Assembly (NCBI GenBank): GCA_020348365.1
Contig: CP070749.1
Span: forward strand, 685,346-725,531
Source of the DNA: Candidatus Bathyarchaeota archaeon
GTDB lineage: Archaea; Thermoproteota; Bathyarchaeia; Bathyarchaeales; Bathyarchaeaceae
Direction of reading: 5' to 3'
Length of the DNA: 40,186 nucleotides
Position numbers and translations under genes: made by a program. The notes under the pieces were generated by a model, which did no database searches, was not told the DNA's origin, and worked only from the letters and a program-made list of their open reading frames with translations. Numbering within the stretch: position 1 is the stretch's first letter; each line of letters begins with the position of its first letter. This document shows positions 8,952 through 17,668 of this stretch, piece by piece.

Positions 8952-9665
8952 TCAAGACTTTGACGTATGCCTTCCATCTATCACATACAAATCGACAACA
9001 AACCTATGCTTCTTCTTACTATGAAAATCAAACATGTAGGGAATTTCCATCATCATGGCATAGACGCCCCTAATCCTGCCACCATGTTTCCCGATAAATC
9101 TCTCCAAAAAAGGTGAAGGTTGAGTTGGTATACATCTCGTCCCGCCACTTCTTAACCTTTTGATTAACCCTCGATTGTGCTTACTACCTTTATGAATTGA
9201 GTATATTCTATCTCCCAACTCAAGAGACTTCTCTATGAATCTTCGATCCGCTCTTCTTGTCCGTACACCAAAGGGCGGATTCTGCATAATGGTATCAAAC
9301 GTTCCGTGTATAGCGTCTAGATCCGCAGTAATCCAGAACATCTTCTCTTCTACGCCCATATTCTCCGCGTTCTTCTGTGCGAGCCCTATAGCTACCTTGT
9401 CTAAGTCGACTCCTATCGTTTGCTTTGCTCCCAGAAGGGCTGCACCGATCACCAGTCTTCCTGTACCACAACCTAAGTCTACAACAGTCTTGTCGATTAT
9501 ATCATCATTAACGTATGTTGCGATGTAGAGCATCTCTGCAGCGACTTGAGGTGTTATGGTGTATTGTTCCAGATGGGCCTTGGGCGCTGGGTGGAGCGGG
9601 ATCTCACTTATGGCGTTCTCTAGGTCTAGCTTTCGAACCAGCCTCTTCTGCATAGCTCCTCCCAT
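8952..9665 (-). CDS. METTL5-like class I SAM-dependent methyltransferase (COG2263-type)
   Basis: SAM-binding VVDLGCGTGRL and an NPPFG catalytic motif. It sits between dph2 and csl4. It overlaps the dph2 3' end by 40 nt, and the start may instead be the ATG at 9653. Confidence 0.7.
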   Translation of the reverse strand: MGGAMQKRLVRKLDLENAISEIPLHPAPKAHLEQYTITPQVAAEMLYIATYVNDDIIDKTVVDLGCGTGRLVIGAALLGAKQTIGVDLDKVAIGLAQKNAENMGVEEKMFWITADLDAIHGTFDTIMQNPPFGVRTRRADRRFIEKSLELGDRIYSIHKGSKHNRGLIKRLRSGGTRCIPTQPSPFLERFIGKHGGRIRGVYAMMMEIPYMFDFHSKKKHRFVVDLYVIDGRHTSKS

Positions 9666-10627
9666 GTAATTTCATCTAACATAACGCGTGCCTCATTTAA
9701 GGTGATAACTGGTTTCGGGAAGTTCTTTGTATCATCTAACGATACTCTGGGACAAGCGGTGTTTATGAACGCATCTATCTCGGGAAACTGCATTAGCGCC
9801 ATGGGCGTAATCTCTGTTATCGCTAGTAGTGTAGCTCTTCTTCCCAACTTGTCCAGTTTCCCCTTCAGTTCTAAGGCATCCCTCAGTCTTTGTTGCCCGC
9901 TTTTTAAGCCGATCAAGATGGCAAGTCTTTCCGCCTCTTTAGCTTCGCAGATGCTTGCCCACCGCTTCTTGAGTATAATCTTGGCCTCATCATCGACTGA
10001 AAAAGCCCTATTCTCATAGGGGTCCGCAACTATTGTTGGTTTCAATGTTGAGAGGGCTATGCCTAGGGCGTGAAATCGCCCACCACCAACAAAGAGAAAG
10101 GCTTCAACATCCCCCGTTATTGATTTGACATTAGTGTAATCGCATCCAATCACTTGTCCCAGATAGCTTGAGTGTCCAGCATCACCGGTGATAACAGTTT
10201 TCCCCGCATGAATCAGAATCTCTTTGATGCTGTCCAATGTTTGTATGTGTTGAACTGTTGTGGCCAGACCTACTTTGTGCCATTCCTTCAGTAGAGGCAA
10301 TGCCATCTCAACAGCGTCACTAACTTCTACGGTTGCTCTAGCTTCCACGTAGACTGTGGGCACGCATTCGTACTCTGACAATTTCGCGTGTCCGTAATGG
10401 ACAATTAAGTCTACGCCTAAACTCTCAGCCTCGGCTGTTGCTAAGTCGCACGCCCCATAGCATGGATCAGCGGAAACTATGGGTATAGCACCAGTTTCCT
10501 CCACAACCCTTGCCAATCGAGGCCCGTGAAGTTTCAGGCCTTCAGGAAGTTGAATAAGAACACGTCTTGCTTCAAATTTACCTATCTCCTGTCTTAATCT
10601 CTCTTCCTCAAAATCGAATTTCTCCAA
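9626..10627 (-). CDS. dph2: 2-(3-amino-3-carboxypropyl)histidine synthase Dph2 (diphthamide synthesis)
   Basis: RVLIQLPEGLK, SADPCYGACD and further conserved Cys positions are typical of archaeal Dph2. 333 aa, TTG start. Confidence 0.85.
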   Translation of the reverse strand: MEKFDFEEERLRQEIGKFEARRVLIQLPEGLKLHGPRLARVVEETGAIPIVSADPCYGACDLATAEAESLGVDLIVHYGHAKLSEYECVPTVYVEARATVEVSDAVEMALPLLKEWHKVGLATTVQHIQTLDSIKEILIHAGKTVITGDAGHSSYLGQVIGCDYTNVKSITGDVEAFLFVGGGRFHALGIALSTLKPTIVADPYENRAFSVDDEAKIILKKRWASICEAKEAERLAILIGLKSGQQRLRDALELKGKLDKLGRRATLLAITEITPMALMQFPEIDAFINTACPRVSLDDTKNFPKPVITLNEARVMLDEITWEELCRRGWFES

Positions 10628-10728
10628 AGCACACTCAAACCATCAGGGCGGAATACTCGATAACAAACTTGAAGGCAAATAGTTGGCCTCATCCAAATAT
10701 TTTCTGAGCGCCTTCATGTATGCTCTTC

Positions 10729-13323
10729 TCAAGGAGAGTCGCCTAGTTTCTTCATCAAATAGTCAGCGTTTATTTTGCTTATCACTAGTTCTTCTGAAAT
10801 CTTCGCAGGGTCTTTATCACATTCTTCTATAAGATTCTTCAACTCATCTTCAATCTCTTTCACAATCAATAGAGTCTCAACAACTTTGTCCGGGTTGACA
10901 CCAATTGAATCGAGATGTATTACGAGGAATTTTATGAAGTCCTTTCCCAGATCGCTTGGTGCTTGCCCACAGATGCCAACAGATCGGATGTGCCTCATGG
11001 AATGGGCTCCCTCACATAGCATCTCTATAGCTTTCTTCACTGCGGGGTTTGACTCATCAAATTCCCATGCCAAGATTTCAGAATCCCTGTCAATAGCTAG
11101 AGTCAGTTGGGTTAAATCATTACTACCTATGCTGAAGCCATCGCAATAATCAGCAAACTTTCTAGGGGTAATGCAAATGCTAGGAACCTCTGCCATGAAT
11201 ATTAGACTTGGCATTTTCAGGTTAGCTCCTTCGAAGGATTTTCTAATCATAGTAGTGACTTTTTCAGCTTCCTCGAACGTCCTTACAAATGGAACCATTG
11301 GTATCGCGTTGGTTAGGTTTAATTCGTGAACTCCAATGAATGCCTTCAATTCCAGATTGAATGCTTCAGCAAAAAGCTTGCTGATGTATCTTGAAGCTCC
11401 TCTGAATCCGAGCATCGGGTTATTCTCGACGAATTCCAACTGGATTTCATTATTTTCAATCTTTCCTGAGTCGCAAATTGGACATTTCTCTTGTTTGGAT
11501 AAAGAAATGCTGTTGCCACAATCGCACACAATCTCATAATGCAAAGCCCCAGGTAGTTCAGAATACTCATTTGTCTTGAAATCACTGAATCTGACGATTA
11601 CATCTCTTGGATGAAATGCAGAAGCGATTATCGAGATTCCAGTCTTAAGTCTTTCAACATATTCTTGGGAAAGGGATTTTGTACCAGGATATTTCTGTTT
11701 TATATCATCGGCCCATTTATCGTAACCGAGTTTGTCAGCCTTCAAAGCAAAAACAGGATGCATATCTGCGCCAGCGACTATGAATTCAATTCTGACCAAA
11801 GAACTCCCTTTAGAAGGTAATTGACTTACTTTCAGGGCCTCAAGTGGAGATCCTATATTCACCAAAACTTTTGTAATGGTCTTAGGAACATTCTTCAATT
11901 CTACTTCGTGCACCTCGAACTGCAAGATTCTATTATATATTCTAGCCTCTCCTGAAGAGCAGTCAAGGGTAACTTCTTCTCCATCTTCGAGTCCGAGGGC
12001 ATTAGATACACTCACAGCGCAGGGTATTCCCCTTTCTCTCGAAACGATGGCTGCATGTGAAGTTCTGTTCCCTCTCTCGCATATTATTCCAGAGACTTTT
12101 TTCAGATTCATCACAATTTCCCAATCAGGCGTAGTCATAGAAGTAACCAGTATAGGCTTTGTTCCTTTCTCATTCTGAGCCTCAACTTTCCTTCTCGCTT
12201 CAATATGATCTAATGTTTTGACAACTCGGTCTGTTGCGATTTTCGTACCTACGGCTATACCAACATGGGTCGGTTTTATCGTTGGTGTTCGTCTAAGCTT
12301 GTACATAGTCAGAGTTGTTCTCGTGGCGTGAACCGTTTCAGGTCGAGCTTGGGTAACATACACTTTGCCATTCTCAACAGCAAATTCAACATCCATCGGT
12401 TTGCCGTATGCCTGCTCAATCTTTGTTGTGAACTCTGCGACTTGTTTTGCTTCATCTAATGTTAGAACCCTTGGATCATCGGCTTTGACAGAGACTTCTA
12501 TGTTTCTTCTTGTTTTGGAATGAAAAACGAGCATCTTCTTCTGCGGTTCTAGGGGCGCAATAGTACCAAGCAATTTCACTTCGGGTTTCTTAACAAATGC
12601 TGTCCAAGACGCATTCTCTTTTCCTTGAACTATCATTTCTCCCAAGCCATAAACTGCCTGAATAACGCCAACATTTCTATTACCGGTATCAGGATCTATG
12701 GAAAAGGCCACTCCAGCTTTTTCAGAATCAACCATGATTTGGATTATAACAGATAGAATTCCATCTCTGACAAGTTCGACTTCAGAAATGTCTAGGAGCC
12801 GTTTCTTTCTCAAATCATTTCTGTAGTCCACAACCCTCCAGCCATAGGCAGATGCAATACACTTTAACACATATTTGACTACGTAGAAATCGAGCGGAAC
12901 ATTTAGATAAGTCTCGAATTGACCAGCAAACGCAGCAGTAGGTAGATCTTCAGTAACACCAGAACTTCTAACAGCAACTCTGTGTCTTTTTGCATTTTGT
13001 TTCATAGAATCAACGGCAACGGTGAGAGCATCGGATAATCCTTTAGATACTTCTATGTTTTCAATTTCGCTTCTTAATCTGGCCGCAATCTTCTCTGCAG
13101 TCTTTTCATCATCTTCCGTAAGTTTCTTGTCCAAGTCTTCAACTAATTCGATTATTGTTTCATTCTTCAATAAAATCTTGGCAAATTCAGTAGTAACCAT
13201 GATTGCGTGAGGTATGTTTTCCTCGCCTACAATTTTCACTAGCTTAGCCAGGTTAGATCCTTTTCCACCGGTTACCTTTCCATCAGAGGCAGATGAATCA
13301 CTGATGTCTACAACGTAGTTCAT
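10729..13323 (-). CDS. ppsA: Phosphoenolpyruvate synthase-like enzyme (pyruvate, water dikinase family) with a Cys4 insertion
   Basis: N-terminal GGKGSNLAKL (PPDK_N). Phospho-His mobile domain RTSHAAIVSRERGIPCAV. C-terminal TIM-barrel motifs NPMLGFRG, GSNDLTQL and GICGQAPS. Confidence 0.8.
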   Translation of the reverse strand: MNYVVDISDSSASDGKVTGGKGSNLAKLVKIVGEENIPHAIMVTTEFAKILLKNETIIELVEDLDKKLTEDDEKTAEKIAARLRSEIENIEVSKGLSDALTVAVDSMKQNAKRHRVAVRSSGVTEDLPTAAFAGQFETYLNVPLDFYVVKYVLKCIASAYGWRVVDYRNDLRKKRLLDISEVELVRDGILSVIIQIMVDSEKAGVAFSIDPDTGNRNVGVIQAVYGLGEMIVQGKENASWTAFVKKPEVKLLGTIAPLEPQKKMLVFHSKTRRNIEVSVKADDPRVLTLDEAKQVAEFTTKIEQAYGKPMDVEFAVENGKVYVTQARPETVHATRTTLTMYKLRRTPTIKPTHVGIAVGTKIATDRVVKTLDHIEARRKVEAQNEKGTKPILVTSMTTPDWEIVMNLKKVSGIICERGNRTSHAAIVSRERGIPCAVSVSNALGLEDGEEVTLDCSSGEARIYNRILQFEVHEVELKNVPKTITKVLVNIGSPLEALKVSQLPSKGSSLVRIEFIVAGADMHPVFALKADKLGYDKWADDIKQKYPGTKSLSQEYVERLKTGISIIASAFHPRDVIVRFSDFKTNEYSELPGALHYEIVCDCGNSISLSKQEKCPICDSGKIENNEIQLEFVENNPMLGFRGASRYISKLFAEAFNLELKAFIGVHELNLTNAIPMVPFVRTFEEAEKVTTMIRKSFEGANLKMPSLIFMAEVPSICITPRKFADYCDGFSIGSNDLTQLTLAIDRDSEILAWEFDESNPAVKKAIEMLCEGAHSMRHIRSVGICGQAPSDLGKDFIKFLVIHLDSIGVNPDKVVETLLIVKEIEDELKNLIEECDKDPAKISEELVISKINADYLMKKLGDSP

Positions 13324-13425
13324 TTTCCATTCTTATAATTGAGCGGAGTAATTTAAATGCTATTCAGAATACTCCGAATCACATTACAGGTTTTCTCTAC
13401 GTATGCTCTCTATCATCTCAGAATC

Positions 13426-13947
13426 TTATAATGACGTCTGCTCCGATTGCTCTGCTGATGTTTTCTCAATAACCACTTGGCAGGACATCGGAAGTTTGGC
13501 GCCTCCACGCCTGAGCGCTTCCTTCACAACTTCAACGCCTTCCTTATCTACCCTAGCCGTCATAACTGTCTGATTTCGCTTTACCCTGGCGGCCGTTCCG
13601 ATGGATTTGCCGAAGGATTTCTTCATCCCGTCTTGCAGGCGATCGGCGTGTGCTCCAAAAATCATTTTGTTCTCTCGGAGCACGTTGTGAGGATATGGGT
13701 TGATTTGTAAAAAGTAGTTCTCTCCTAGCTTTGTGGAGAGTAATCGGTTTGTGGCTATGCGCGCCGCTTCCAACGCGACATGTCGGACTTGAGCGGCCTC
13801 TTGGGCAATCAAGAGAGCTTGATACTGAAAACTACTGGTTGAATCTCCCATGGTGAATTTTGTTATTCTCGGTGAAGGAGAACCTCGAATGTATTTCTTC
13901 CTTGTATAAGGTTGCCTCTTCATCTTTCGATAGTTTTTTGCCTTCAC
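13426..13947 (-). CDS. rpl10e: 50S ribosomal protein L10e (uL16)
   Basis: YRK..RQPYTRKKYIRG.P..RI..F.MG is a typical L10e N-terminus. GTG start. Confidence 0.9.
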   Translation of the reverse strand: MKAKNYRKMKRQPYTRKKYIRGSPSPRITKFTMGDSTSSFQYQALLIAQEAAQVRHVALEAARIATNRLLSTKLGENYFLQINPYPHNVLRENKMIFGAHADRLQDGMKKSFGKSIGTAARVKRNQTVMTARVDKEGVEVVKEALRRGGAKLPMSCQVVIEKTSAEQSEQTSL

Positions 13948-13978
13948 AGCTCTTCCCTCAAACGTGCAAAAGGCGCGG

Positions 13979-13986
13979 TATTTAAA
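13979..13986 (-). promoter_or_regulatory. Candidate TATA box for rpl10e
   Basis: The minus strand reads TTTAAATA, 32-39 nt upstream of the L10e start codon. Confidence 0.4.
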
Positions 13987-14191
13987 CTATCTGTTTACAG
14001 TCATTCTCTATCAAGACGTTGAATCCCCGCTAGGATACTGTGCGCGCGTACTGTGGCCTCCATGCTTTTGTGTCCCGTATCACACACGCATATTATTCTG
14101 GTGTATTCCAAAACCCGAATGTTTCTAGTGGAATCCATGGAGAAAAGAGGTTACTAGATTCTCGTGCTTGGTGGAAGTTGCTATTCAGTCA

Positions 14192-14731
14192 TCATAATAG
14201 CGATGCTTCATCGGGTCTATGATGTTTTTTGTCAAACCATATTTCAGCCAGTTCGTCGAAATCTGGAAAAACCTTCCTCAAGATTGGAACGTATATTTTC
14301 TTCTCGTCTTTGGTCACGTACTGAAACTGATAGGTGCCTGTGTATGGTGAAGATTCACCCATTCTTGTGAGGAATTCGATGTGCATGAAAGGGTCTCCTC
14401 TCTTTATTGTTATGGACTTTCTGTCATTGCTTAAGTTGACGATTTCTAACGCTAGTCTTCCCACAAAGCCGCTGTGGACCTTAGCGGCGTTCAGAAAGGA
14501 CAATCCCATCCTCCCATACTTGCTCTTCGCTGTGAGGTGGGCAATATACTGGGGGGGCGTGAACACTATCTCGTAGGAGATGATATTCCTGTGCTCAAGA
14601 TAATGCAGTGTGGTCTCCTTCTTAACCGTTAGGACGTAGCTGTCGCCATCTAGGAGATTGTAGTCGAAGGGATAGATGCACTTGTACTTTTCAATCAAAT
14701 CAATCAACTTGTCCTTACCAAGAATGCACAT
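14192..14731 (-). CDS. dCTP deaminase / dUTPase superfamily protein (divergent Dcd-like)
   Basis: The layout follows Dcd: N-terminal IL.KDKLI, then AKSKYGRMGL (compare GRSS.ARLG), then HSGFVGRLALEIVN (compare D.GF.G..TLE..N), then I..G....IEF. The usual Asp before GF is His here, and there is an extra ~35-aa C-terminal tail. Confidence 0.55.
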   Translation of the reverse strand: MCILGKDKLIDLIEKYKCIYPFDYNLLDGDSYVLTVKKETTLHYLEHRNIISYEIVFTPPQYIAHLTAKSKYGRMGLSFLNAAKVHSGFVGRLALEIVNLSNDRKSITIKRGDPFMHIEFLTRMGESSPYTGTYQFQYVTKDEKKIYVPILRKVFPDFDELAEIWFDKKHHRPDEASLL

Positions 14732-14797
14732 ACATTTTCACCTTTGGCATGAGGTAATGCGCCTTCATGCTTATACCTCTTTTCTAGCAGTTGTTAG

Positions 14798-16213
14798 TCA
14801 TCTCTTGGCTGTTATCAAAACGATTCTCTCAAAGGCAACCTTCCTCTCAGCGAGAATGCTCACTCGAAATCCTGCTTTCTCAAGTTTATGGACAGTCTCG
14901 TCTATGCCAGAGAGGGAGGACTGAACAAGAAGGATTCGGCCACCTTTCTTCAGGTGATTCGGAGCCTCGGATATGAACCGATCAATAAAGTTTCTTCCAG
15001 TTGTTCCTCCCGACCATGCTCTTTCGCTCCATTCTTTCTGATTAGCAGCTTTTAATGGAAGGTATGGGGGATTGACGAGGATTAGATTGAAAATTTCGTC
15101 TTCTCGCAGGGGTTCAAAGAGGTTCCCTTGTCGTGTATCCAGCTTCGCCGTCACATGATTAAGCTTTGCGTTAATACTTGTGCACTGGACTGCATAGGGG
15201 TTTACGTCCACAGCAACAACTTTCCTCGCTTTTTTTGCCGCGAGGACCCCCAAAATTCCGCAACCAGCTCCCATGTCGAGTACAGTTTCACCGCTTTCCA
15301 CTGTAAGATTATCCGCAACCAAGTATGTATCCTCAGCGGGCCTGTAGACTATATTCAAAACGACAAAAGTGAAACCGCCAAAGAATATCTTCTCGTTGTT
15401 CTGCGCAATCTCATTTGCCAGAAGTCCGAAGTCTTCCGGTGCAAGCCTTCGGACTCTTCTGTCATGAAAAGGCAAGGAGTCCGCCAACTGCTTCAGTTCC
15501 TTTCCCTTCATTCCTCTTTTCTGTAGGAAGGGAATGATTGCGTTTCTTGTCTTCTTGTTTTTTTGGGTGAATAACGTTCGCATAAGATCGAAGAAGACCG
15601 TTTCATCCGTTACAGGAAATGGGTGCTTCCTAGGCTTTAGACGTGTGATTCTGGAGTCTACGTCTGGCTTTGGATAGAACATTTCCCTAGGCACCTGGTC
15701 TAGAACCTCCACCTCGGCGTGATAATAGGTGATAACAGTCAGTCTACTATAGTCTCTACTGCCTACTGGTGCCACCAGCCTATCCGCGAGTTCTTCTTGG
15801 AGAGTCAACACCGCGCATTCAGGATTCTTCTCCAAGAGCCAGAAGAGGAGGGGGGATGATATGGAGTATGGGGGAGTAGAGACAACCTTGTTGAAAGATG
15901 GTATAGAAGCGGTCATGATGTCGCCCTCGATCAGAACCACATTATTGAAATCCTTCAGTTCTTCCCTTAGTATCCTAATCAACCCAGCATCTACTTCTAC
16001 GGCGAGGACTCTCTTACATTTTAGAGAGAGAAGTTTCGTGAGAGACCCTAAGCCTGCCCCAACTTCTAGTGCAACATCATCCTTACTAAGAGATGCATAA
16101 GAGACCAATTCCTGCAAAAGAGCGGTTTCAACCGAAAAATTCTGTCCAAATCGTTTTCTAGGATGTACATTATGACGGCGGAGAAGGCGTTTTGTTCTCT
16201 GGAGGAGATCCAT
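14798..16213 (-). CDS. ksgA: Fusion protein: KsgA/Dim1 16S rRNA dimethyladenosine transferase (N-terminal) plus HemK/Mtq2-like NPPY methyltransferase (C-terminal)
   Basis: aa 1-272 carry RFGQNF, EVGAGLGSLT and STPPYSISSP (KsgA). aa 276-471 carry VYRPAEDTYL, VLDMGAGCGILG and VNPPYLP (HemK/Mtq2 type). It is a single uninterrupted 471-aa frame. Confidence 0.8.
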   Translation of the reverse strand: MDLLQRTKRLLRRHNVHPRKRFGQNFSVETALLQELVSYASLSKDDVALEVGAGLGSLTKLLSLKCKRVLAVEVDAGLIRILREELKDFNNVVLIEGDIMTASIPSFNKVVSTPPYSISSPLLFWLLEKNPECAVLTLQEELADRLVAPVGSRDYSRLTVITYYHAEVEVLDQVPREMFYPKPDVDSRITRLKPRKHPFPVTDETVFFDLMRTLFTQKNKKTRNAIIPFLQKRGMKGKELKQLADSLPFHDRRVRRLAPEDFGLLANEIAQNNEKIFFGGFTFVVLNIVYRPAEDTYLVADNLTVESGETVLDMGAGCGILGVLAAKKARKVVAVDVNPYAVQCTSINAKLNHVTAKLDTRQGNLFEPLREDEIFNLILVNPPYLPLKAANQKEWSERAWSGGTTGRNFIDRFISEAPNHLKKGGRILLVQSSLSGIDETVHKLEKAGFRVSILAERKVAFERIVLITAKR

Positions 16214-16223
16214 TTCATTATCA

Positions 16224-16802
16224 CTATAGGGCTCGAGTGAACAGACGATACTTACTCTCGCCAGAGAGCTCCTCTACAATCCTCTTCGCGATGAGCTTGG
16301 GTGGGTTGGGTATGCTAGCACGTTGCTGCAGGTCTTCAAAGCTTTTGAAGTGTTCTCTTTCCCGCTCATCGATAATCTGCCACATGTACTTCTTTCCGAT
16401 GCCTGGAAGGAGTTCCAGTGAATGCATCCTCGGCGTTATCGCTTGAGTAGCGTTGAAGAAGCTAACAAACCAGTTCTCGCGGTTCAACACTACTTTCTCT
16501 ACCACACTTGGAAGCTCCATCTTCGCAGTGGAGGTTAACTCCTCGTAGCCTATCCGTCCAATGATGTAAGCAATCTTTTCTCGAGCCTCCTTTCCAACAT
16601 AGACCCTATCAGAAGGCCTGACAGTAATCGTCTCTTTCACAATCGCCTCGAGAAGCGTGAAATACCCTTCTCCCAGAACCTGAACCAAAGCCCCTGCCCG
16701 ATACCTTCGGTTGACTCCAGGTCTTCCGTGGGGAAGATAGTCGAGAACATATGCGTACTCTTCATATTTCTGTCCTCTTTCAGGTATCTCTTCATTTGCC
16801 AT
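16224..16802 (-). CDS. DUF655 (COG1491) helix-hairpin-helix nucleic-acid-binding protein
   Basis: YAYVLDYLPHGRPG at the N-terminus and LELLPGIGKK (HhH) match DUF655. It sits in the conserved position between rpoF and ksgA. Confidence 0.75.
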   Translation of the reverse strand: MANEEIPERGQKYEEYAYVLDYLPHGRPGVNRRYRAGALVQVLGEGYFTLLEAIVKETITVRPSDRVYVGKEAREKIAYIIGRIGYEELTSTAKMELPSVVEKVVLNRENWFVSFFNATQAITPRMHSLELLPGIGKKYMWQIIDEREREHFKSFEDLQQRASIPNPPKLIAKRIVEELSGESKYRLFTRAL

Positions 16803-17026
16803 ACAGAAAGACCTCTATCACTATCGATTTCTGCTATCCACTATTTGAAGAACACAAGTTATTGTGAGCGTGCTGATTCATGAGTTTGCACCATTTCGAC
16901 TGCGAGTCTGACCTGAAACATATAGTATATGGTGACCTTTAAATTTTTAAGTTGAATTGTTGTGAGTAAAATAGCACGTCTTGCTTGGACAATCCGGTTT
17001 TAGATGAGGGTATTGTGTGGAAGGCT

Positions 17027-17371
17027 CTATTTTTCTTCTCTGTACTCGGCTAACAAAGTCAAGATTCCCTCAAGCTTAGACGTTTCCACGATTCTACGCC
17101 CGCCACCCAGAAAAGCGCGAATCTCCTCTATGCTTTCGGGAATACAGTTTACTATCTGGACAGCTTCTTCCTCTTCCAACTCGAAGTCATCTACCAGACG
17201 CTTCACCAATTCCTTCCCAGCGCGGTAGTTTACCTTGGAAAACTTCGCTGCGTAATCTAAGGATCGTCTCTGGAACTGGTCAAGACGCTCCTCGCCTATC
17301 GATTCGAGTATCTTCTTCACTTCTGGGATTGTGACAAAGCGTTTTTTCGTGGTTTTCTTGGGCATTCTCAT
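17027..17371 (-). CDS. rpoF: DNA-directed RNA polymerase subunit F (Rpo4)
   Basis: 114 aa with a helical Rpo4-like pattern (V.IPEVK.IL......L....R..LDY...FSK). Its start overlaps the rpl21e stop by 4 nt, which suggests coupling. Confidence 0.7.
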   Translation of the reverse strand: MRMPKKTTKKRFVTIPEVKKILESIGEERLDQFQRRSLDYAAKFSKVNYRAGKELVKRLVDDFELEEEEAVQIVNCIPESIEEIRAFLGGGRRIVETSKLEGILTLLAEYREEK

Positions 17372-17667
17372 CCCCCGGTCATTGGCTTCAGATGCTCCGG
17401 TCGTGCAATTATCTCCTTGATTGCATCTCCTTGTGGAACCTCTACAACGTAAGCTCTGCCTCGTTTATCGGCTATTACACCTGTCCTTCCATGATATCTT
17501 CGGTGTGGCATCCCTTTGAGGACGCTCGGATTTACTTTGATCACCACTTTCTCTCCAGGCTTGTATTCATGGAGTATCTTGCTCAGTCCTGTTTTTCCCC
17601 GTTCTCTAGGCTTTCTCCTCAACAGTGAACGCGTTCTTTTCCGATAGCCCTTTGATTTTCTTCCCAT
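17368..17667 (-). CDS. rpl21e: 50S ribosomal protein L21e
   Basis: SKGYRKRTRSLLRRKPRERG...G..V.I........GMPH.RYHG.TG.V matches L21e. Confidence 0.9.
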   Translation of the reverse strand: MGRKSKGYRKRTRSLLRRKPRERGKTGLSKILHEYKPGEKVVIKVNPSVLKGMPHRRYHGRTGVIADKRGRAYVVEVPQGDAIKEIIARPEHLKPMTGG

Positions 17668-17668
17668 C

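Noticed and set aside
14185-14195. Perfect C-box-like AUGAUGA immediately followed by CUGA on the minus strand
   Set aside because: The two boxes are adjacent with no guide spacer. The motif is simply the stop-codon region of the Dcd-like gene, and no downstream C'/D boxes are found.
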